Of a DNA stretch of 64,000 nucleotides, positions 45,315-52,604 are shown in pieces. Each line of letters begins with the position of its first letter. Position 1 is the stretch's first letter. Where the stretch lies: the IMG/VR virus record IMGVR_UViG_3300030419_002557, positions 1 through 64,000 of that record; one strand, given 5' to 3'. A model generated the notes under the pieces. It was not told the origin of the DNA. It searched no databases and saw only the letters and a program-made list of their open reading frames with translations. The stretch is from a virus. A program made the position numbers and the translations under genes.

Positions 45315-46070
45315 AGACCGGCAGGACACCCTTAGTAGAGTGCCTGCTGGTTGCCTCCATTCCCCCCCACTGTTCCTCGGGGTGCCAGGTGTCATCGTGA
45401 CCTACTCGGACTTGGATGCACCGCCCGTCAATGGGCCGTGGGGGTCGTTCACCGCAACACATCCAGGCTATTTGAGGGTCTTCGCATGGTCGCTCGCCTC
45501 GCGGATCGGTCTCTTGCTTGCGTGTTCCTTGGCGTCGGGGCTCCTTGCAGGCACCGACCCTGTACTATGGCAAGCTCAACAGCAGCCCATCCTATGCCCC
45601 CTTCTCAGGGAGTCCCTATCACTATGGTGACCAGGGGGAGTGGGCTTTCACTCCTAACTCAGTCCGGCTTCCCTGCTCGAAAGCAGCATCCGGCTCGATG
45701 TGTTCAGCTTCTGTGCGCTACTGACTGCGTGTCTGGTCCCTCTCTACTTGCGGGGCCCGGTCTCTCACTTCTCGCCTACCCTTGCGGGGGTCTGGTACTC
45801 GGAGTGCTTAGGGGCGATCCGGCTTACGATAGCCAGGGTGCCTTGCAGTGTTCGCGATGTCAAAGAGCGTCACTCACCCCCCGTAGGGGTCCGGTTCGTC
45901 GCCATGCTTGCGAGCCCCCCGGATATGGGGTCCATCTCTGAGCACTTCTCCGAAGAGCGCCGCCGTAGCTCAGGTCCTGCACCCCAGTTGGGGTTGGAGC
46001 AGCCTGTCGAGATGAATCATTGATGAGTGATTGAAAGAGCGTGTCGAGTGGGGTGTTTCCCAGCGACACA
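45315..46070 (-). ncRNA. Large structured RNA or structured leader of the early operon; family unknown
   Basis: More than 12 hairpins with UUCG, UACG, GCAA and GAGA loops in the minus sense; two boxA-like motifs; upstream promoter; no credible CDS. Confidence 0.65.
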
Positions 46071-46073
46071 AGG

Positions 46074-46101
46074 ATTGTATCCGGTCTGCTTACACTGTCT
46101 A
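46074..46101 (-). promoter_or_regulatory. Putative early promoter with upstream A-tracts
   Basis: TAGACA-N16-TACAAT on the minus strand; AT-rich 46146-46182. Confidence 0.55.
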
Positions 46102-46266
46102 ATCGATGTACTGCGAGGAAGTTGGGCTGTAAACCCCTGGAATCATTGAATAAAAAAAATGCATTTTATTTGATTTTATTTTTGGTGCAGGCTCCCCGTC
46201 TATCGTTTAGCTTTTTTTCTTGTGTATTCATTTGCAATACACTCAAGCCTTAGTTATCATACACAC

Positions 46267-46701
46267 ATGAACTTGATTCTCGCCTTTGCTGCTCTCGACG
46301 CCGGGTCCCCCCGGCAACGGGCCCGGTGCGCCAAGACTGGACGATTCGTCGCCTGGTCCAAGGCTGCCCCGCTCCGTCGTGCTGTGGCTGGTCAGGTCTT
46401 GTTCGTTCCCCAGTCCCCCGCTGAGGCCCCCCAGGTCCCTGCCCCTGTGGCAGTGATTGACGAGGCCCCGGTAGTGGGGGGGGATAGCCCAGTGGCTGCT
46501 GCTGCTGCTGCTGTAGTCGATGGTGCTCGTCACCTGGTGGCTGCTGCTGGTCGCTGGTTCAGCCGGGCTGCTCGGTTGGCTGGGGCTGCTGCCCTTGCCG
46601 CTACCCTGGCCGCAGGTGCTGGCTGCATCGATGCCACCCCGGTCCAAGGTAGGTCAACCCTGGTCGACGGTCCCCGATCCGCGCATGGGGGTGCCCCATG
46701 A
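46267..46701 (+). CDS. Ala/Pro-rich hypothetical protein, probably leaderless
   Basis: TTGCAA-N17-TATCAT-N6-ATG; RCAKTGRF motif; hydrophobic LAGAAALAATLAAGAGC. Confidence 0.5.
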   Translation: MNLILAFAALDAGSPRQRARCAKTGRFVAWSKAAPLRRAVAGQVLFVPQSPAEAPQVPAPVAVIDEAPVVGGDSPVAAAAAAVVDGARHLVAAAGRWFSRAARLAGAAALAATLAAGAGCIDATPVQGRSTLVDGPRSAHGGAP

Positions 46702-46850
46702 CGTAGCAGCGGCGATCCCCTTGACTCGCACGGCCCCACCCGCATCGGTGGCGGGGTGCCGACCTCTGATCCCCGGGGGTGGGGGGGGGAGGCCCAACAA
46801 TCGTCGCGGTGAAGCCCGAGGGAGGGGGGGGATAACCCATATAGGGTTAA

Positions 46851-47723
46851 TTATGAGCGTTTACGCATAGCGTTCATCAGTTCGAGCCACTCAGGCATCT
46901 TCACAAGCTTTAGGCCACCATCGAGGATTGGAAGAGGCTCTGGAGAGTAGTGAGCGTGCGTAATCGTCGAAATCCAGGCCAAAGAGCCATTGTTGTTGCG
47001 TTTAGGCCGCTGTAGGCGTCTTCTAAGCGAGAAGTTCAATGGACCCCAAGCAGGACAGTTGGTGTGCCATGGATGAGCCATTCTGCCGACTGTTCCACCG
47101 TGTTTTACCAGCCAATCGCGACCAATAGTGTTGCGTATACTGTCTCTGCTCACACACCAGGCTCCTGTGTGCGATTTGTTGGACTTATCCATAAGGTTAT
47201 CCATACCTCTCCAATACCTACAAGTAGAGCAGTTTTTGCCCTGTACACGGTTGGCTTCGCGAGGATCTAAGGGGTCATTTGGCGATATTTGCCACCAAAC
47301 CACACCAATAGAGCGCCAACGGCACTTTTTCGCCTGTCTTGGACGCAAACCAGCAGCCCAGCGACGAACGTCATAAGCACGCTCTAAGGCTCCGTTTTGA
47401 GCCATTACACGCACCAAAGGGCCAACAATCTTCTCCACATAGCGCTCTTTGGACAGCGTCATGGGTGGTGCAGCGATGATTCTGCGTGCGTTGACGACCT
47501 CATGGACTTCAAGGCCAAACTGGCGAGCAAGCTTGGCGTCAGGCCACATGCCAAGCAAGGCTATGAAGTCTTTGGTGCCTGCTTTGGCCTCAAGCTCGTC
47601 CAAGAATGAGTGGATGACATCGTGATGGTCAGCGCAGACCCAATCAACGTAAGGTCTGTCGTGACGAGTCCGATTGTTAGCGAACTCTTTTGCCCACTTA
47701 CGAACCTTCAGGCGCTTCTTCAT
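46851..47723 (-). CDS. Hypothetical basic protein with HTH-like and Cys motifs
   Basis: LGMWPDAKLARQFGL; CSTCRYW..WC..CPAW. Confidence 0.6.
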   Translation of the reverse strand: MKKRLKVRKWAKEFANNRTRHDRPYVDWVCADHHDVIHSFLDELEAKAGTKDFIALLGMWPDAKLARQFGLEVHEVVNARRIIAAPPMTLSKERYVEKIVGPLVRVMAQNGALERAYDVRRWAAGLRPRQAKKCRWRSIGVVWWQISPNDPLDPREANRVQGKNCSTCRYWRGMDNLMDKSNKSHTGAWCVSRDSIRNTIGRDWLVKHGGTVGRMAHPWHTNCPAWGPLNFSLRRRLQRPKRNNNGSLAWISTITHAHYSPEPLPILDGGLKLVKMPEWLELMNAMRKRS

Positions 47724-47886
47724 CGAAGACCTGCTTGACCCTAACCTCGACGATGACTCGACTTACTTCAGGGTGATCAATCAAAACGAGAGAGTCTCGA
47801 AGCCTTGTGACCACTTCATCAGTGATGTCACTCATCTTGTTGACTGTCTTCATTGCTGAGCGAGTAACAGAAGGCATTATGCCCAA
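47698..47886 (-). CDS. Hypothetical protein
   Basis: Overlap-coupled small ORF. Confidence 0.45.
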   Translation of the reverse strand: MGIMPSVTRSAMKTVNKMSDITDEVVTRLRDSLVLIDHPEVSRVIVEVRVKQVFDEEAPEGS

Positions 47887-48107
47887 ATCCCTTCTTCTGG
47901 CACAATGACATCAAGCCAAGCCATCGTAGCGCCAACCAGGCGTAGTTCGAGGCTTACTTGAAGAGCATCGAGAGCTTCATCGACGCTGTTTCCTTCAGCC
48001 ACGACCTCATCATCCTCAATGAGCGCAAAGGTTCCGTCTTCTCGTTCTTGGAGAAAGAAACCCTCTGCAAGGTGAACAGTGTTTATGTCTTCCTGTAGTG
48101 AGTTCAT
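47877..48107 (-). CDS. HicB-like N-domain small acidic protein
   Basis: EDGTFAL..VAEGNSVDEAL; RBS GGAGG. Confidence 0.45.
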   Translation of the reverse strand: MNSLQEDINTVHLAEGFFLQEREDGTFALIEDDEVVAEGNSVDEALDALQVSLELRLVGATMAWLDVIVPEEGIWA

Positions 48108-48160
48108 TTCTTTCCTCCCTTCTTCTTGCCTTTGCATTTGTAAACCGGCATGTTCTCTCC

Positions 48161-48427
48161 TTATGATTCTCCGTTCTCACCAGTCCAGATGACCTGTTTG
48201 TCTTCATCGAGACCCAAGTCATCCATGTAGAATGGATCAAATTTGCTGGTCGTATCGGTGACATCGTAGACGACATCATCGAGTACGCTTGCTGGATTGT
48301 GTTGAAGCTCTTCAATCACAGTAGCGAAGGCGTCTTCGACATCATGAGACTCGACAGCGAGCCTGATGGTGAATGTGAATAGCTTGGGTGTTTTTTCGCG
48401 CATTGTCTTGGTAGAAGGATAACGCAT
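48161..48427 (-). CDS. Hypothetical acidic protein
   Basis: Coupled ORF. Confidence 0.5.
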   Translation of the reverse strand: MRYPSTKTMREKTPKLFTFTIRLAVESHDVEDAFATVIEELQHNPASVLDDVVYDVTDTTSKFDPFYMDDLGLDEDKQVIWTGENGES

Positions 48428-48610
48428 TTAGTCACCCTTCTTTGCACCAAACAACGATGGAGTTGCATCAAAGTCTTCTTTGAGCTTCCAGTGTTTGGGA
48501 GCATTGTGAAAGGCACAAACGGCTTTCCATTCTCCTTGTCGATTGACAACGACATCAGAGAGCCGCTTGCAGCCTTCTATTTCACATTCGCCTGGCTTGT
48601 CATCAGCCAT
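48428..48610 (-). CDS. Small Cys/His protein
   Basis: CEIEGC..VCAFH. Confidence 0.45.
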   Translation of the reverse strand: MADDKPGECEIEGCKRLSDVVVNRQGEWKAVCAFHNAPKHWKLKEDFDATPSLFGAKKGD

Positions 48611-49250
48611 CGTACTGATCGAAATGCCACGAGAAAAACTTCTTACTGTTTTTCCCATCACCTTGTCTGAAGACCAAGATTGCCGAACCCTTCGGTGCGC
48701 TTGATGCTTTCGAGCCATCTTCACGCAAGAACGGGACACGGCCTTTCATCAGACGAATCTGGTCAGCTTGCCAAGCCCAGTTGTGCCACCAAATGGTATC
48801 GGTGCAAGCCATGACGAGCATGACAACCGTTTTCCCTTTGAGTGACTCTTCCCAACCTTTCCTGACCCAATCACCAACGCTTCGACCGTAAGGAGGATTG
48901 ACGAAGATGCTTTGACCTTCCCAGTCTTCTAGAGCGAGAGCATCGGTACGAGAACCATCTTCATGGTCAGGACCGTAATAGCTGTCGAGAAGAGCAGTAT
49001 GTTTTAGGGCAGCAGCATCGAGTTCGAATCCAAACTCACGGTTGAGTCGATCAAACAGAGGCTTTGGCGTTCGCCAAGTGTCATTCTCTGATGAGTGGAT
49101 TGCTTTCCAAGCTGGAGACTTCTCCGCTTTCTTTGGAGCGGCTTTAGCCTTTGGCTTAGCAGGAGCCTTTGCTTTGGCCTTTGCGGGTGCTTTGGCTTTG
49201 GCTTTTGGCTTAGCGGCTGGTTTCTTGGCTGGTTTCTTAGCAGTTGGCAT
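48603..49250 (-). CDS. Phage DNA N6-adenine methyltransferase with a histone-H1-like AKP-rich N-terminal tail
   Basis: DTWRTPKPLFDRLNREFGFELDAAA, FVNPPYGR, WV.KG, DTIWWH, KGRVPF. Confidence 0.88.
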   Translation of the reverse strand: MPTAKKPAKKPAAKPKAKAKAPAKAKAKAPAKPKAKAAPKKAEKSPAWKAIHSSENDTWRTPKPLFDRLNREFGFELDAAALKHTALLDSYYGPDHEDGSRTDALALEDWEGQSIFVNPPYGRSVGDWVRKGWEESLKGKTVVMLVMACTDTIWWHNWAWQADQIRLMKGRVPFLREDGSKASSAPKGSAILVFRQGDGKNSKKFFSWHFDQYDG

Positions 49251-49259
49251 CGTATCTCC

Positions 49260-49676
49260 TTAGAACGGAACTTCTTCGTCCCAATCGTCATCTACATTAA
49301 CAGATTCGGGTGTATACGAAGCTTGTGGCTTCTTGTAGGAGTTGCCTTGAGAATCGCCTTGCTTGGTGTTTTTAGCCAAGAACTGTACTGTAAACGCGAC
49401 AATCATAGTGTTTGAGCGTTCCTGACCGTTCTTGTCAGTGTACTTTTGGGTCTCGATACGCCCTTCAACGAAGACCGTTTGCCCTTTAGTGCAGTATTTG
49501 GCGAGAGCTTCGCCGGTTTTACCGAAAGCAGTGCAGCGATGCCACTCTGTTTTCTTTTCCCCACGCGAAACAGACGTGGTTGCTACGGAAAAGCGACAGT
49601 AAGACGTACCGCTTTTGCCAGTTTGAAGTTCGGGATCGGCACCGAGGTTGCCGAGAAGAAATGCTTTGTTTACCAT
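49260..49676 (-). CDS. ssb: Single-stranded DNA-binding protein
   Basis: VNKAFLLGNLGADPE, TEWHRC, KGQTVFVEGRI, acidic DEEVPF tail. Confidence 0.95.
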   Translation of the reverse strand: MVNKAFLLGNLGADPELQTGKSGTSYCRFSVATTSVSRGEKKTEWHRCTAFGKTGEALAKYCTKGQTVFVEGRIETQKYTDKNGQERSNTMIVAFTVQFLAKNTKQGDSQGNSYKKPQASYTPESVNVDDDWDEEVPF

Positions 49677-49731
49677 TTTGGTTTACCTCCACCGAAAAGC
49701 TATCACATGGTGCAAAGTATGCACCCAGCCC

Positions 49732-49747
49732 GTGACAAATCGTGACA
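49732..49747 (+). promoter_or_regulatory. GTGACA-N4-GTGACA repeat at the ssb/terminase divergence
   Basis: CGTGACAAATCGTGACAT. Confidence 0.55.
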
Positions 49748-49766
49748 TTTCCGGTAGTTTGGAGAC

Positions 49767-50321
49767 ATGGAAGATGTAAAAGAGAAGCCTTTGGTTTTCG
49801 ATGGCGAGCCGATGTCTGCATTGTTGAACGGACAGCTTGTGAAATCGGAGCCGAACGAGGTCATTAAGCGAGAGGCTGAGGAACTTGTAGGATTCACGCC
49901 TACAGAACGCATGGAAGTGATGCAAGCTATTGCTATTACATGTGAAGAACAGGGCCTTGGTTACTTGAGAGACTGGATAAAGTCGGCCCGGAGTCATGAT
50001 TTCTTCCGAAAAGAGGCCTTTTCCATGAAGGAATGGAACGAATGGGTTGAAATTAAGGGGTTTAACGGGTGGTTTTACGGTGGATTTCCGCTTCCCAGAA
50101 CGATGTCGAAAGAGGATATTGAGGGCTTAGATGCGCTATTTTGGGACCAAATGCGTACAATGATGCGTGATGGGGACACGAAGGTGATGGATTTGTACGC
50201 GAAGATCACGGGTAAGACCGACCGAGCGCCGGAAGAAGCGGAGACCAACACCGAGATTGTTGAGTGGCTGCAAGTGAATGCTGGTTCGGTGGGTTGGAAG
50301 TCTGTTCGGAAGTTGAAATGA
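49767..50321 (+). CDS. Probable terminase small subunit
   Basis: Position and ATGA coupling to terL; helical. Confidence 0.55.
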   Translation: MEDVKEKPLVFDGEPMSALLNGQLVKSEPNEVIKREAEELVGFTPTERMEVMQAIAITCEEQGLGYLRDWIKSARSHDFFRKEAFSMKEWNEWVEIKGFNGWFYGGFPLPRTMSKEDIEGLDALFWDQMRTMMRDGDTKVMDLYAKITGKTDRAPEEAETNTEIVEWLQVNAGSVGWKSVRKLK

Positions 50322-51859
50322 AAGGCGTATCCACCGCGATGGTGAATCGCTTGATGGAGTTGGGCAACGACCCTGTCGAGTTTATCAGTCGACTGAAGAT
50401 TATCGACAACAAGGGAATGGAGCGTTTCTTCAACGAGCCGTTCTTAGAGCAGCAGATTGCGTTGTCTGACTTCATGGCTGGTCATCAGACGATTGTTCAC
50501 TGCAAGCCACGTCAGATTGGTGACACGACAGTGGGTTGTGCTTGGAACTTTACCTATGGGTATTGGTCAGCCGACCCTGTACGAACATTGATTGTAGCGA
50601 ACGACCACGATGCGACCGATTCGATTTTCCGAAGGCTGAAGTATTTCCACGACAGTCTTCCGAGTGTGATGAAGAGACCGATGGCGAGGTCGAACCGAAA
50701 GGAGATGGAGTTCTCCGACACGGGTGTGATGTTCCGATGCCTGACTGCTGGTGGTCGAGGGCACGGTCGTTCATTTACCTTTCAGCGGCTGCACGCAGAC
50801 GAGGTAGCCTTCTGGCCGAACGCCGACGACGTGTGGGCCTCAGTGACCTCTACGCTCCATGACGGGCCACACAAAAGTATTTTTGTCACGTCTACACCAA
50901 ACGGACCCGGTAATCTATTTCACAGGAAGGTACTCGATGCACAGAATGATCCAAATGCTTGCTTTCGGTTCTTTCGTTGGGCTGATCATCATGCGTACAG
51001 CCTTGAGCCGCCAAAAGACTGGGAGCCCACACAAGAAGAGTGGGACCTCAAAGAGTTGCACGACCTTAGTATTAACCAACTCTACTGGCGTAATCAGAAG
51101 ATCAGTGGCGCGGACGGTATTGGTGCGGACAGGTTTCGGAAGGAGTACCCCCTTACCGTTGAAGAGGGGTTCATGGAGGTCAGCGGTTCGTGGTTTAACG
51201 TCGCGTACCTGAACGAAGTCATTTGCACCTTACGTCCACCGGACCTTTCTAAGGAACTTCGGATACATAAACAGCCCCAAACAGGAGTTGCATACGCGAT
51301 TGGAGCCGACCCGAGTTGGGGAACAGGTAACGATTACGCTGTTGCACAGGTTTTGAGTGAGGATGGAGAGCTTGTAGCGACGTTTACAACGAACAAAAGA
51401 ACGCCAGAAGACTTCGCAATGCGAGTTGGAGAGCTTTCTTACTACTACAACAAGGCCAGGGTGCTGTGTGAATACAACACAGGTGGTGGTGGACCCGTTG
51501 TAATCCAGAAGATTCGAGAGATGGGCGTGCCATTGTGGTTCGATCCACAGACCGGGGACCACTTTAAGATGACTGGAGGGCGATCCTCAGTGGGTAAGAA
51601 GACCCAAGTTTATAGTCATTTAAGGTATTTAGTCGATGGTGACGGCCTGACCCTGACAGATTTGCCGACCGTTCAGCAGTTAATGCACATCCGAGAAGAA
51701 GACGGAAAGATTGAAGGTCGAGACGGATACCATGACGACTTGGCAGATGCGCTGGCGCTCGCAGCTTGGAATGCGAAGAATCTTCCGCGCCCCGTAAGCT
51801 TAGGAGCCTTTCCCTTTAAACGCAGGAGAAAAGCACTGCCTCATCCGTTCGGAGTGTGA
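50318..51859 (+). CDS. terL: Terminase large subunit
   Basis: KPRQIGDTT, LHADEVAFW, TSTPNG, FRKEYP, AIGADPSWG, HDDLADALALA. Confidence 0.93.
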   Translation: MKGVSTAMVNRLMELGNDPVEFISRLKIIDNKGMERFFNEPFLEQQIALSDFMAGHQTIVHCKPRQIGDTTVGCAWNFTYGYWSADPVRTLIVANDHDATDSIFRRLKYFHDSLPSVMKRPMARSNRKEMEFSDTGVMFRCLTAGGRGHGRSFTFQRLHADEVAFWPNADDVWASVTSTLHDGPHKSIFVTSTPNGPGNLFHRKVLDAQNDPNACFRFFRWADHHAYSLEPPKDWEPTQEEWDLKELHDLSINQLYWRNQKISGADGIGADRFRKEYPLTVEEGFMEVSGSWFNVAYLNEVICTLRPPDLSKELRIHKQPQTGVAYAIGADPSWGTGNDYAVAQVLSEDGELVATFTTNKRTPEDFAMRVGELSYYYNKARVLCEYNTGGGGPVVIQKIREMGVPLWFDPQTGDHFKMTGGRSSVGKKTQVYSHLRYLVDGDGLTLTDLPTVQQLMHIREEDGKIEGRDGYHDDLADALALAAWNAKNLPRPVSLGAFPFKRRRKALPHPFGV

Positions 51860-51885
51860 TAGCTTCTCTTACATAGGAGTTTCAA

Positions 51886-52584
51886 ATGCCCAACAAACCG
51901 AAAACACCTCGCCCTAGTTTTGCCGTTCCTCTTGATCCTGCCGCAGAAGCTGCCGCAGAAGCCGCGCAGAGTCTGCGTTTTAATCCTGTCCCAGAATCGA
52001 GGCGACAGGATCAACGGAACCAAGAGCGGATGGATAGGGCCCGCCGCAGTGGTGAACAGGCGAGTGCTGGCTTAGCCGTAGCGCCGGTTGGTGGTGCAGG
52101 CCTCAGCCGTTCTCACCGTGCTGAACGGGAAATGTCTAACTTGGAAATGCTCGGAAGGGCCCGCCAAAACGAAAGGGGCCGCCTCAGCCGTTCTCACCGT
52201 GCTGAACGGGAACAGGGCCTACCTCAAACTGCGGCTGAAATAGAGGAGTACAACCGTCAGGTTCGCATATGGAACCAACAAAACCCAAACTCAAAATACA
52301 AGAAGCAAGAACTGTTCGTTCGCACCGCCAGTGATCTAAGTCACTTACCGCCTCTCACGCGGGAAGCTGCCGGGGAAATGGAGGCTGAAAGAGCGGCTGA
52401 AATTGAGAGGTTGCGGAATGCTATTGAAATTGGGAAACAAGGATTGCAGAGGAATCCCAACAATGCCGAACTCCTCCGAAGAGTAAAAGAAGGCGAGATG
52501 CGGCTTCAAGAACTGCAAAGCCAGGGCATGAATCAGACGCTTCAGGAAGCTATGCCCGTTAATCCAGGCCAAACTATTCGATAA
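51886..52584 (+). CDS. Hypothetical helical protein with an internal repeat
   Basis: RBS AGGAG; LSRSHRAERE occurs twice. Confidence 0.6.
   Translation: MPNKPKTPRPSFAVPLDPAAEAAAEAAQSLRFNPVPESRRQDQRNQERMDRARRSGEQASAGLAVAPVGGAGLSRSHRAEREMSNLEMLGRARQNERGRLSRSHRAEREQGLPQTAAEIEEYNRQVRIWNQQNPNSKYKKQELFVRTASDLSHLPPLTREAAGEMEAERAAEIERLRNAIEIGKQGLQRNPNNAELLRRVKEGEMRLQELQSQGMNQTLQEAMPVNPGQTIR
52100..52212 (+). repeat. 32-bp perfect direct repeat
   Basis: GCCTCAGCCGTTCTCACCGTGCTGAACGGGAA at 52100 and 52181. Confidence 0.85.
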
Positions 52585-52604
52585 CCTTCTGAGGAACAGA
52601 GACC

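Noticed and set aside
45659-45696. Group II intron domain V look-alike (GAGCCGGAUGC...CCGGACU) on the minus strand
   Set aside because: Lower stem and AC bulge do not fit domain V; no domain VI, GUGYG boundary or RT gene seen
46016-46040. Hammerhead-like TGATGA...GAAA on the + strand
   Set aside because: Lacks the conserved C of CUGAUGA and has no stem II; the segment is the reverse complement of boxA
45340-46069. Overlapping ORFs (196, 107, 96, 69, 68 aa) in the structured region
   Set aside because: No RBS, atypical Cys/Pro/Arg/Ser composition, mutually overlapping; better explained as GC-rich structured RNA
45810-46140. RNase P-like fragments (CCGGCTTA, GAGGAAG)
   Set aside because: Wrong order, and the other conserved regions are missing
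52100-52212. Possible mini-CRISPR (32-bp repeat, 49-bp spacer)
   Set aside because: Only two copies, in frame within a CDS (81-bp period), and no cas genes
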